A stretch of DNA of 64,000 bases from Anthoceros angustus (lineage: Eukaryota > Plantae > Anthocerotophyta): NCBI GenBank assembly GCA_010909165.1, contig MU008216.1:62001-126000 (forward strand), given 5' to 3'. Of the stretch, positions 51,031-63,496 are shown piece after piece. The first letter of the stretch is position 1; each line of letters starts with the position of its first letter. The notes under the pieces are model-generated. The model worked only from the letters and a program-made list of their open reading frames with translations. It ran no database searches and was not told where the DNA came from. A program made the position numbers and the translations under genes.

Positions 51031-52725
51031 CCCGACGGAAGGAACTTGTTGCCCGACCTCGGGTGGCGCCCTCAATCTATCATCGCCATGATGTCCTCCT
51101 CGCTTGAGTCCCCGCGGCATGCGGATCGGTGCCTTCGCCGTCAACCCGACCACCTCCATGATGTGCGGCGTGCTGGCGGCGGTGGAAGGCACAGCATACA
51201 CACGATCTCGGACCTTCTTCCGATGGCTTGCGTGCCTTGGCGTTCCATTCGATGCAAGTAGTGTGCGCCAAGGTGACTAGTGACTTTCATCATTGACAAA
51301 TGGTGATACTCACCTCCGCCAAGAGGGTGCCACAGGCCAGCTTGCCTAATCCGGCTTGAAGATTCCATGTCCCTCCCCACACCAACCACTCCTCCCAAGT
51401 GCATGCTTCCATTGCATACAAGAGCGAAGTCCGCAACGTCGATCTCCACAAAGGACAAAGGCGGGCTAGCTTGCGTGGTCTCTGAGTGCTTGCCGGCTTT
51501 AAATTGCCAATGCCAGGAGGCCACTCGTGTGCATAAGGCCCGAAGGGTGGGTGACATGATTACTTTCGCTGAAACATGCCCAAGTGTAAGGAAAGCAAGG
51601 CCTGGATGGCCAATCACTGGCGATAGATTTTGAAAATTCGACCTCGATCCTTTCAACAGCTTGTCGAACCCGGCATAGGGGACCAAAGATTTGAGGCCAA
51701 CGTGACCAAGAGTCCGACATGACAAAGAGTGCATGGAGTCTGCTTTGTTTGCAATGATTGAAAATGGGAAAACTAGGGCCATTTACCCGGAGATAAAGAA
51801 TTTCACAAGCCGTGAGCAGTAGCGCGAAGCAATGTCTCAAACACATCCACAAAGTTCTTAACGCCGGCTTCATGCTTGCTATAGCCCACTACAACTTCTC
51901 GCAAGTTGCGGCTCTTCAAGGACAACACATGAACTTGAAACCACGGGGTATCGCCCACCACCGCTGGCGTCCTCTTTCGTGTTTTCAAACCTATTTGTTA
52001 TTGTGCCGTTAGAACCTTCAACATGTGGACAATCAACCTCTTGCTGGTCGGGGTTGCGCCAAGTCACCAGCCTCCCGAGTCATAAATGATTGTCTCAGTT
52101 TAGGTGATGCGCACCAATGTTTGAATTTTGTCCAGAACTCCTTTTGCACCTTGAACTCAAGCTAGTAACCTTGAATGTCATGCTCCAACTTGAATTTGCA
52201 CATAGGCGCAGTGCGGCTTATGCGTCCACGACACCCACCTCGGCTCTCGCTGCTCGGATCCTGCACCGGCGAGCCTTTCAGCAAATTCTAACGTGCCTTC
52301 ATTAGCATTCCTACACCCAATAGATACCCCAACTCCCAAGTCGGATCGGCTTTGAAAGATCCAAAGGATACAAGCTTGACATTCCAACCGGAGCGGAATC
52401 ACAACATGCAGCCCGTGCGGCCTTACAGAACCCATTGCGTTATCCTCATCAAGCACAAGCGTCATGATGAATCAAAGCATCCTCCTCACATTCAGCGTCT
52501 TGAGGGGCGGAAGGTGAGTAGACACTTCTGGCGGTCGCGGGCGCCTCCCTCCAACTCCCAGTTTGGTTTGCCATGGACCCTCCACGCCGGCCCCGGTGTG
52601 AATGAAGAGTCCCCCGTGCAACACCGCACTAACAACGCCGCACGCACTAACACTGTCCCGTCAAAATAAGCCGGTAAGAAGGATTGTGAGAAAGCGGCAC
52701 GTCTCGGGAGTAACCTAACAAGCGG

Positions 52726-52994
52726 CCCACATCACCACATCCCCACATCACCACATCCCCATCCCCACATCCCACATCCCCATCACATCCCACATCCCAC
52801 ATCCCCACATCCCCATCCCCATCCTCCCCACATCCCCACATCCCCACATCCCCACATCCCACATCCCACATCATCCCACATCATCCCACATCCCCACATC
52901 CCCCCATCATCCCCACATCCCACATCCCACATCCCCATCATCCCCACATCATCCCCACATCCCCACATACCCACATACCACATACCCACATACC
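52726..52994. repeat. (CCCCACAT/CCCACAT)n simple repeat
   Basis: About 270 bp of 7-8-mer units, grading to CCCACATAC at the right end. Confidence 0.95.
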
Positions 52995-53049
52995 CTGAGT
53001 TTTATCAAACTTGAGCTCCCACTCCCGACCGCATCTATTAGGGGCGAAG

Positions 53050-53596
53050 CAGGATATCGACAAAGCAGCGTTATAGCACGAATTTGGGTCACAAGTCTTG
53101 AGCCAAAAACATTTTGTAAGCGGTACCTGCAAAACTGTCTAGTGTGACAACATAGTCTAGTAAACTCAGAAGCAGGTGACAACATAGTGTGACAACATAG
53201 CGGCCCGGAGCAATGTGAAAATAGAAACCTGGGGCACGACACTTGCATTAATTCGTTGTCCTCCTCGCGATGCAGTGTTCATCCAATCGGGTTGTGCTCA
53301 TCTCAAGGCTGAGAATGAACATGATCTATCGAGAACAGCGAGATATTAGCAAAAGCAGCGCGTTATAGCACGAATTTGGGTCACAAGTCTTGAGCCAAAA
53401 ACATTTTGTGAAGCAGTGCCTGACCTTGCAAAGCTATAGTGTGACAACATAGTGTAGTAAACTCGGCGAAGCAGTGACAACATAGTAGATCGATACGCGG
53501 CCGAACAATGTGAAAATAGCAACCGGGCACGGCGGCTTGCATTAATTCGTTCTCCGCGATGCAGTGTTGATCGAATCGGGTTGTGCTCATCTCAAG
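53050..53596. repeat. ~292-bp tandem duplication with indels
   Basis: GCGTTATAGCACGAATTTGGGTCACAAGTCTTGAGCCAAAAACATTTTGT at about 53068 and 53360; both copies end AATCGGGTTGTGCTCATCTCAAG. Confidence 0.9.
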
Positions 53597-54256
53597 ACCA
53601 CCAGTTGATCATGAACCACGAACTGACTTCCACCGGTAGTACTCACCTTCCTCGGTTGCTTTCATAGACATAGGCGGTGACTTGTTCACAGGCTTGTGGT
53701 TAGCCTATATGGACTTCTCCATCGTGCCCATGTGGTGCCATTGTGAGCTTGCATGTCGAACAATTTGAGGGTGAAAATAGCATTCCTCCGGATCAGCCAA
53801 AGCTATACACAGACTGGGCAGACTGTGGCGCGACTTTCGCGATGCCCGGAGCGCGACAATCCGTGTCGTTGTAGGAAGAAGTCCGTTCCCAAGGAATGAT
53901 AGGCTCCGTTTGCGTTTGGTGATTCCTACCGCTTGCGCTCGTTCGGCCTCAACGCACATACTCTAACTACTCTAGCGTTCCGTCTGCCGGTATGGCCAAG
54001 CGTTTGAGACCCGTTCGCGTCGTATCGTTCATTAATCACTCACACATCATCCTTTCCTCTCTCCCCTCACGCTACACTCCTCGGTCTTAGAAAAAGCGGG
54101 TTACAGTCGGACCTCCTCCGTCGTTCGCCTCTCCGTCCGACTCTGCCGCCCTCCGGAGTTCCTCCGGCTCACCGTTCGATCCGTTCGGTCTTTGGGCGGC
54201 TCGGGCGAGCACGGGTCACCGATCACCTTCCACTGCACACACCACAACACGTTAGG

Positions 54257-57200
54257 TGTCACGGGACCACAGTCAATCTCCCGGGTGCCGTGCACCTTTC
54301 GGTGACTCGGGACTCACGTTAGCAAGAAGACACACAAAGGTGCAGAGCGGCATCAACACCAAGAAGATGATTTATTGGGGCCTTAGCCCTCTTATACTCG
54401 CCGAAGGTCGGCCTTTATTACACCTCTATTACGGTGAGGGCCATTTCGGGGTGCCTAACCAGCCGCCTACTACCCTATTCCGCCTATCGCCGTCGGTGGT
54501 GGGGGTGGGATAGCCCCTCATTCCTTCTTGGCACCGGCCCAAAGCGAGCCACTGCGGCGCCTGTCGGATGATCGCGGACCCCTTCCTCTTCAGTGCAGCC
54601 GAGGCGCCACGGCGCGGCGACAGCGGCGATCACCACCAAGTCTTCCTCGTCCTCCCTCTTCTCTCTCGGGCCCTGCGCGTGGGCCCTCAAGGGTTGGATC
54701 TGCTGGGGTTGGTGGTGTGGCTCTCCCCACTCCCAGTTTGGACCTCGGGACCTGTCTGACTCGGTCCGGACCTCTAGGTCAGTCTTCCCTCTGAGTCCGG
54801 TCTCACTGGGCCGGCCTTCTTTAGTCAGGTCCTCGGGGCCGGGGCCTGAGGTCCGGTCTTGGACCCAACCCCACAGGGTCGGACCTCGGGGTCGGACTCG
54901 TCACTGAGTCTGGATCCCTAAGTCGGACTTCCTTGAGGCGGACCTCGGGATCGGCCTTTCCTCAGTCCGGACAAAGTCAGGACCCTCGACTCTGGGCATG
55001 CCTCCTCGCCGGGCTCACGGGTTCATCCTGAGCCCTCCCTTGGTTCCCGAATGCCCGGTTGCACCTTTCCTTCCTCTCAAGATCCTCCTCGTCCTTCCAT
55101 GCGAGGTCTTCTTACCTCGGTGTGGCGCCTTCCTCCTCCCGGTTCCTCCAGCTGCTCTCCCGCGCTGCTGCTGCCGTCGTCAAGCAGGCTCCTAGGACTC
55201 CAGCGGTTGTCTTGTCCCGGGTCCGTCCTCTCGCTCCTCCTTCCATCCCGGAGTCCACCCTCACCTGGGGTGGCGCGGGACCTCGAGCCTTGAGGGCTCT
55301 GCGTGGTAGTAAGGCGGTCGGAATCGACTTGAATCGCCTCCTCTACATGAGCCGGGCACCGTACTCCCTCCTCAGGTGCTCGTGGCCCAGGATCGCCCAC
55401 TGCTTGGCTTTGTCTCGTGGCCAAGCTTACGGTAGGCGGACTCCCTTGAGGCCGTCAAGGCTGCCTCAGTTACCTCTTGCAACCTTGCTGCTCGGCGTTC
55501 TCCTCCTCCGTCGTTGTTCCGGCTCAGCCATTTGCGGGCCATGGGTGAGCTCCTTGCTTCCTGGCCGGACGAGCAAGCTGTACCTTTCCTCCGTGCTTTC
55601 CTCCCTTCTCTATTCTTTCCGGAGGTCCTCCACTTCCTTCTCCAGGCGGTATCCCGTCAGGCTCACGGCTTCCGCCACATCCTGCTGCAACCTTGCGGCG
55701 TCGAACTCCTTGCACGCCGCTTTATTCTCCTCCGTCTTCAAGCGGGCTGGGCGTTCCACCTCTCGCTCGAAGTCTTGGATTCTCGTTGAGAACCTGCTGC
55801 TCCGATGCATCTTGGGTTGCAACTCCAAAGTGTCCTGTTGTCCTCCGGCTCCTGCGCCCCCTTCTACCTCCTGCGTGCACAGGGTCCCCAATCTCCCGGG
55901 TCTGGCCTCAGCCTCCTCACGGCTCGGCCGTGCTTGCTCCATGACCACTTGCTCGGCCTTGATTGGCGGCTCTCGGCCGCCTCCTCCACGGTTCGATCAC
56001 GCATAGTGATCGCGATCGGCCCGTGGCCTCCGCCTCCTTGGCCACCTTCACGAGCCTCTCGGCTTGGCTCTGGTCGTCAGGCTGCCTCGCGAGATCCGCG
56101 CCCGTTCGCTTGGGCGTCCTCGCTTCTGCTGCGCTCGCCCCTCTGCTGCGGAGGTCCTCCCGCGCTTGGGCCTCCTTGGCTGCCCGGTATTCCTCGGTGA
56201 AGGAATTTAGTCCGGTCCTTGCGGATGGACGGACCTCCCTCTCCGCCTCCGGCGTTTTCCTTCCTCAATCCTGCCCGAGCTTGGCCTTCCTTCTCGCCTC
56301 ACTGGGCTCCCTCCAGCTCACGGAGGCACCATGCGCCTCGGGTGGCTTCCACCTCCAGGCCTTCTCGGCCATCCCAGACCCCGGCATACCGTCCATGGCG
56401 GTGGCAGGACCGCCGTGTTTCCTCCACGGCCTGAGTGAGGCTCCCACAAAGTCCGTGCGGGGCCGGCATCTCCAGTCCGTCAAGGACCTCCATACCGCAT
56501 CCGGAGCAAGTCGGGGGGGTTCTCGGACAATCGGGACCCTTGGGTCACGAGTCTTTGGCTCGGGCTTCCCCTCCTTGGCCCTTTTGGCGAGCTCCTTCTC
56601 GCCCTTTTCCTCCACAGGGCTCGGCGGAGGTGATGGAGTCAGGAGCCGCCCTTTGCCCCTTCACATCGGCGGGGCGGCTCTGGATCTGCTGCCGGTGTCC
56701 TCCTGCTCACAGGCGGCGTCCTTCGCCCTCCTTCTTTCCTTCCTCGCTTCTTGCCACTCGTCGGCGGGGAAGAAATCTTGCACCAGGGGTGCAGCGTTGG
56801 TAATAGTGGTCTTGCGTTTCTTGGCTCTCTCACAGTCGGCGGGGCTCCTCGGTAGGAGTGATGGCCGGTGGCTGCAGGGTCACTTCTCTTGGTGCACGGT
56901 TGGGGCACGGAAGGAGGGAGGCGGGGTGCTTCCATACTTCCACAGGTGGTGAGGGGTCCGTTCACGTATGGAGTCAGGAATCCTCGATCGTCCTCCTCCA
57001 GTCCGTTTGGTTTTCGGCCGGCCTCCTCCCTCGGCGCCCTTGCCGCTCCACTTCCGGGGCCTCAGTCCTTTCGGGCGCTCGCTCAAGCTCTCCTTCCTTG
57101 AGGAGTTGAAATGCCCCATACATGGATCGGGTATGGGGCGGCCAGAATGGCGAGGCTTCTCGCTCTGAGCTTGCGAGCCTCACAGCTAAAGGCGAAGATA

Positions 57201-58352
57201 ATCCTTCCCAGTCCGCCCTCTTCCCAGCTGCGTAGCGTGCGGGAACACCAATAGATTATCACCAAGGTGATCCACCTTGGTAGTAGGTTCGATGGGCGAT
57301 GATCCGGGCCACCACGACTCGGCCATCCAGCAGGTCGGATATCGACCAACCGTTGGTGGTCGTTGCGTCGAGCCTTAGCATCGGCTGCTGGCCTATCTTC
57401 CCTTCGCCTTGAGGGGCTCGGCACCCTCCCCTCTTCCTCCTTGGGGCGGTTGTAGGCCGCCTTGACCTCAAGGTCCATCGCCTTGGGTCCTCTCGGAGGT
57501 TCTTGGACCGCACCTCCTTGTTGTGCCTTGACATCTTCCGGGCAAACTCCCGGACGGAGTGACCTCAAATGTCGGACCATTTGGAACACGTCCAAATGCC
57601 ACTCCTGCACCAATTCTCCGCTTCACGGGCGAGCCCAAAGTCCGGATAGCGCGGGTCACAATGTTGCGCTCCACAAGGTTCCATGGCTCCCAAACTTCCG
57701 GGCTTTTGGGTGCCATCGCCTTCTTCTCCCTTGGTTCTTGGCCGCTTGGGAGGCTGGCAGCACGTTGCGCCTTCTTCGCGCGTTGCGCTCCGAGCCTCAG
57801 CGGTGAGCAGCGGCGTCGAGTGTCCACGAGATACCGAGCGGTTGCGGGCGCAAGATCGCGAGGTCTCGGTGCCTTGACAGCTTCTTCGCGACCACGCCGA
57901 GTAATGCCGGGCGGGCGCCTCTTCCTGTCCGTGGCGAGTGCATGGCTTACTGCGGCCTCTGGCCAGCGCTACGGCCTTACTCCGCGTACTGCGGCCCCTC
58001 GCGCGCGCGGCCGCGGGCGTGAATACACCCTGCGGCCTGCAGGGTTACAGTCTGACCAGCTGCATGCCGTCCTCCACTCGGGGTCGTCCGTGGCGTCGCC
58101 TGGTCGTCCACGGCCCAACTTCTAAGTTACTTTCCTGGCGTACTGCACGGTCACAGGTGGGTCGGACTTGCACTTATGGCGCCTACCATAGTAGGTCAGA
58201 TGCGTTCCTCACTCCGGTCGGAGTATACTCGAGTGCCGTCCGAGTGCTGCTCCATCTTATTTCCCCTTTTCCGCCTCATTTTATCCTTCACTCCTACAAA
58301 AAAACAAAACCCTACCTATTTTCTAACCCCCAAGGGAAGTCCGTAGTCCACA
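54257..58352 (-). mobile_element. Nested gypsy (Tat-like) 3' fragment: LTR-like end, PPT-like GGGGCTA, tandem 3'-UTR motifs, broken coiled-coil ORF
   Basis: TGTCACGGG at 54257 and TAGCCCCTCA (minus strand TGAGGGGCTA) at 54511. GGACCTCGGG/GTCGGAC repeats at 54740-54990. Minus-strand E/R/A-rich fragments (QDFEREVER...LEKEVEDLRKE). GC-rich block ending abruptly at the transposase C-terminus. Confidence 0.55.
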
Positions 58353-61300
58353 CAAATGCTTTTCCAACATATAGTATTGTCCAACAACCACCTCCTCCCC
58401 AGCCTGGAATTCTCTTTTACTCCAAGGGCAATACCGAGACTCCAATAACGTGTGCTTAGCCTTAGTGCAAGTCAACAGGTAAAAATCCAGCCCTTCATCT
58501 GCAGGGTCTGCCAAGACAAGGAAGTTATCTCCAACTTCCAAGATATCTGCCATCTCTGAGACATCAACAACATCATCATCCTCAGCTGCTTCAATTGTTG
58601 GAAGTGCATGATCAGCAATCATCAGTGCAGGGACTTGCTGGTCAACCGCTTGTCGTGTTTGTCTGGGGCCAGCAGCCTGTCCATGAGGTGTGATTCGCAC
58701 TAACCTCCAAAAGCCAGCATGAGGCACCATTTCACACGCTGAATGGTTGCTCTCCATACACTCTGCACAGAAACATGCAAGGCTCCGCATTCGCAATTGC
58801 GTGGGGTCATGCATGTCACAACCATACAGGCTGTGCATTTGCTTGGATCCAGGTATGGGGTCACAACCAAATTTGTTTCGGCGGTTTACCTCTGTCTTTC
58901 CAATGAGCCAAAAACTTCGGTGAACTGCATGATCAGCACTTGCATAAGAGCTGGCTGCACCAGCAGAGATGTTTTGCAGGTACTCCACCACATCTGCAGC
59001 ATTTTCCATCCTGCCAGCAGTAGGGGACGACTCTGCAGCTCGCAGAGCACGCTTCAAGATGGCACCTGCACCATCGTGCTCCCCCTTCCCGTGCCCACTT
59101 CCAAAATAAGACCAAAGCATGTTGCACCCACCTGTGATGCTAGGATACCGAGCAATGAAGTAGCTAGGCGACACGCTTTGAATTGGCTAGCCCCATCGAC
59201 CCGGCACCGGTGTTCTCGAGGTTGAGGAATCCGCATCCTGCATCCCACTTGCTTTTTGTAAGCATGTTGCACAAATAGAGTGTCATGGACCATGTCATCG
59301 CTAATATAAAAGTGATAGTACTTCTCAATTGATGCGCGGTCCTCTGCATCAACGGCCATTTGTAAAAACCAACACCAAAATAGTAACACAGTCGTTACGC
59401 GATTGCATGGATTGAATCTCATTCTGGACCCCAAATGCGTAGTTCTGAGCAAAATCGATCACTGAAACCACAACATCCTGTGGGAACCATTCGAGACAAT
59501 GTCTGAACTCTATCCCCTGCCACCGCTGGATGTAATCATGAAACAGAAACTCCTTCAGCCTTACCTTCAGATACTCCACAAACACGGAAGGATGTGTTTC
59601 CCTAAACACTAGTTTGATCCTTTTCTTGTCGTTGCCATCAGCCTCCTTTCCGACTACCTGATATTGAAAACAGCGCCACTTAAGAACATCATTTGCCTGA
59701 ATATCCAAACATGTCTCTGAAGGGCAGAAGGGAAGTGTGTTGACACCACACCTGTCACATGTTCCTAGCAAGCATGCGGGGAATGCGGGCAGCATCCTCA
59801 CCCTTTGCACAAAGAACACGCTCACATAGTGTCTGGTGAAGCCAAACAAGTGGAGGCGTTACAATGAAGCTCTTGAGCCAAAGGATGAGCACACACGGCA
59901 AGAACAACATGCCACGGGTGAACCACAGGCTGCCCGGAGGTTATTGAAGGCATCTTTAAGGAACGCCATTTCCACATGGTGCAAGCGGTGATTGCGCTCT
60001 TGCAAGCTCTTAACAAAGAACGGCTTCAACTTCTCGAATGACCGTTGCCCAACTTGTATTTCCGGGTGTTCTTGACAGAAGCGAAGGTAGAACTCTGTCT
60101 GCACATGTCATAGAAGAACACACTAATCAGCCTAAGAAACCCTGTTGGTAAAAGCAACGCCAAACCCACAATGGAGGCCACATGGAGTCGCCAGATCATA
60201 TGTGTGCATAGGACATTGGGGTCAAGCATGCAAGCTTGGGTCCCAGCTGACGTAACCACGAAGCAAAACAATAGCACAAACATGTAACACACTCAGTTCC
60301 AGCTGTCTCTGTTTGGCAGCATAGCAAGGTCACCACTTAGTTGCCCAACAAGAAGTCACCCTACGGTTGTATGAGGAAGGGAAACACAAGCAGGTTAGAA
60401 GGACCCAAGACACGTCCTTCAGATCAGCAACAACCTTCACACAAATCTCGAAACCTAGCAAGCCAAACTTCCACATTACGTCCTTGAGAAGAACAACAGC
60501 CTACAATCAACACTTCAAACTCAGCAAGTCAGACTTCCACACATACCTGTGACATGTCCAGAAAGTGCGTGATATGTTTGATGAACGTTTTCGGTGCTAT
60601 TCGCAACCGCTTGGTATCTTTTGTGTTGGATGAAGGACGGGAAGCTGATTCCCAAAAGTGGACGATGGTGGCCTTAACATGTGGCGAAAGGATGTCAGAT
60701 CTTGATCTCCTTCCATCACCCAACGGATCATCACGAGGCATGCCCTCCCGCCTTGTGCTTAGGGCTCGATGGATCGCCTCCTGCGACTCCAATGTGGTGG
60801 GAAAGCGTAGCAACAAGGTGATTGTCTTGGAGATCTTGAGATAAAATGACGTTGAGCAGGTGTTCCTTGCTGCAAATGGTCTCCAACTTGAAGCGCCTTC
60901 AAGTTTGTGCAAGCCTCACGCACATTCTTCAACAACAATGCTCCTAGTTGGATCTCTTTTGCATCCTTTGTAGCCCTTGGCCTATACAACTTGAGAAGTG
61001 GTAGGTGACTAAACACCTCCAAAATGTCTCTCGACATTCTGCTGTATATCGGTGGTAAGGCATAAAAGCGATTGGCTAGTGTCGAGCCACTTCTTGCTTG
61101 CGCCGAGCATTCCCTAATACGGTGGCTGCAGAGCCCTGCCGCTCTCTATGCTTCACGCATGTTGATGTTTTGGCCCTCTCCTTCAACTCTACGGAAGGAG
61201 CATCCTCCCCTACTCCTTGGCCTGGAGGACGTGTCTCCTCGTTTAACATGCTCTGTCCACCTCCAAGATGTATCCCTACCCTTCTTCCTCCACACCACGG

Positions 61301-61560
61301 ACACGACTTCACGTGAAGCACCTTGGTATTAGTGCTTCCACTTTGACGACGCGTTTGGGCTGCGCCCATCGACTCCGTTGTTGGGAAGGTGGCCGAACCA
61401 TAACACCGTCCCAAAACAAGAGTTTGAAGGCACCACCTCCAACGCCACGGCACTATCCACCGTATTTGAAGCAACACACCGCCCCGCACTATCCACCAAC
61501 CCGGTAGCGGACCTACTTGCAACTTGTAGCGCCGTCCGAACTGATCTCCTTCCACCATTC
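58353..61560 (-). pseudogene. Sola-like DDD (RNase H-fold) transposase with introns and frameshifts
   Basis: VSVIDFAQNY (~59440-59470), YISDDMVHD (~59285-59310), DGASQFK (~59178-59198), YFGSGHGKGEHDGAGAILKR (~59050-59110). Cys clusters CLLGTCDRCG and LACFCAEC. GT-AG intron at about 60099-60546. The C-terminus is cut by the LTR fragment and the 5' boundary is approximate. Confidence 0.8.
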
Positions 61561-62439
61561 ACATGTAGCCACGGAGCTTGTCACGATTACCTAGCCTCTG
61601 AGTTCAAGTTGAGTTCTATCTGATACCTAGGTCATTTGCGGCTAGCGGTATGCGTACTCCGATCCGCTTGCACCACATAATGATATTCAACCTAAACCAT
61701 AAATGATTTTTAAACTCGAGCATTTGAAGGCGGTAGCGTGGGCGGGCCCGTTCCCTGGCCACGGGTTCGTGAAATGAAGCGGCAAAAGGCCAGCTATGTG
61801 GGAACATTGTCCTTAAACAAGTTGAATTTTTTAAGCATATTTTAATATACCATTATTTATTAAATTTTAATCCTAGATAAAAATAGACATTACCATAACA
61901 TTTAAAAAAAATCAGACAAGTTGGAAAAGAAATGAATTTTTCAAAATTGTAGACATTGCGTGAGGACAAAATAAGAGCGTTTCAACCGTTTCTAACTAAA
62001 GTGAGCACCTAACCATGCACGCACCCTCGACACATCCTCGGACCTCCAAAAGGACATGTTTCCCCATTAGAAGATCATTTTTCGCATTCTTTTTGCAGTG
62101 CATGCACAAGTTTGCGCATAAGCGTTATTTAGGCGCACACTTATGCGCGCTAGGCCCCTGGTATACAAAACATACAAAACCACGCAAAATGCGAAACTAC
62201 GGACATGGCGAAATTATGGAACAATGAGGTCATTGACCCTTCATCACAACTAAATCGCCATGAACACAGTACAAGGCGCCACGGCGTGTAAATGACTCGA
62301 TAGGAAGTGGTCGGATGAGAATGCCGAAACGATGGATGAACACCTACAAAACCAACAAAACCAAACCAACTTTAGTTTCCGGCGAAATAGGGTTGGGATT
62401 TTTCCCAAACCCTTTTGATGGGAGAAACCCCTTTCTACA

Positions 62440-63480
62440 CGTATTTTTCTCCACGTTGTTATTCCCTCTTGCCTTGTATGGTATTTGGGTTTGAATCTCT
62501 CCCCATCCTCTTGGGGAAAAGGTTCAAGCTTCCTTTATTCGAGCTCACATCACTGTAAGTGCTCGACCCGCTTACCTAGCCTCCTTTACGAATTTGCCGC
62601 CTTTCACCTTGAACTTGAAAGCCTTTTTGCCTGCCCTCTTTCCTCTACCGCCTTTAGCTTCTTGACATTGTCAACCCCGATCTTTCCCCTTACCACCTCC
62701 TTCCCTGCAGGTCTTTCCGTTCGCTTTGGCTCAATACTGATTCCCAGGCTTCCTTTTGTTGGCTCTCTCAAGCTGCCGATTGGTTGAAAAGGCTCGAGTT
62801 TGAAACTTTAAGACTCCCAGCTTGGCCTACTCCCTACTCCCAGCTTGCCCTCTCTCATATCCCCTCAACCACCACATCCGAAGGGACCTTAAATTGAGAT
62901 ACCTTCGTCTCATCCGGTCTCCTCTCTATTCTATCCCTCCTCTCACACCCGGACTACGGTTATACAAGGAGGAGTTTCGTGTCAATCCCCTTTGGTTTTC
63001 TTGCCACCTTGCATCTTAGATCTCCTCTCTTCAAACTCCGTACACTCATTGGTCAGTGCATTAGCTCCCATCACCTCCGGATCGAAACTAAGCTAGTTCG
63101 GGCGCCTCCTTAAGAAAACGGATTTCTGAGCTTTGCTCCTTGGACCACGAATATGAATCACATTTTCTCTTCTATTGTCCGCCTATCTTTGATATTCGAG
63201 CTCATTACACTCTTCTTTTCGAGTGTCTTTGGTTTTCCTCATGTAGATTTTTCTTTTCACATTTTAAACTTTACGGACTCTCTCTAAGCTTTTGAACATC
63301 GACATGCTTTGTTGAACTTGTTATTGGTTTCACTTCCTTTTTTTTCCTTTTTCATCTCAAGCGATTCTTGTCTTTCTAGTTCAAACATACGTATGAATAC
63401 TCGATTTTTTCCCTCTTTCACGTTGTACTATCCCTGTCCTGTGATGGCCCTTTCATCTTTAGCGGATGTAAATAAAATTG
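62440..63480 (+). mobile_element. Degenerate LINE, 3' part (continuation of 39341-42960)
   Basis: FSTLLFPLALYG..W (post-RT motif), SHHLRIET (~63065) and a degenerate E.HFLF.C knuckle (~63155). 3' UTR ends TGTGATGGCC...GTAAATAAAATT. Confidence 0.82.
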
Positions 63481-63496
63481 TTTGTAAATAAACTTG

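Larger units (their letters stand above)
42968..62439 (-). mobile_element. 19.5-kb TIR DNA transposon with Sola-like DDD transposase and cargo, inserted in a LINE
   Basis: Perfect 19-bp TIR TGTAGAAAGGGGTTTCTCC at 42968-42986, reverse complement at 62421-62439. LINE ORF2 stops at the left end and resumes at the right end. Transposase relic at 58.3-61.5 kb. Confidence 0.85.

Noticed and set aside
52726-52994. Interstitial telomere
   Set aside because: The unit is ATGTGGG(G), not the TTTAGGG type, and it is heterogeneous.
55059-56952. Long + strand ORFs (315 and 329 aa)
   Set aside because: S/L/R/P-rich antisense shadows of a GC-rich, degenerate minus-strand coiled-coil ORF; no domain motifs.
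42955-62450. Target-site duplication for the large TIR element
   Set aside because: The flanks (AACGTCTA | CGTATTTT) give no clean direct repeat; ACGT occurs on both sides but not symmetrically to the TIR, so no TSD is claimed.
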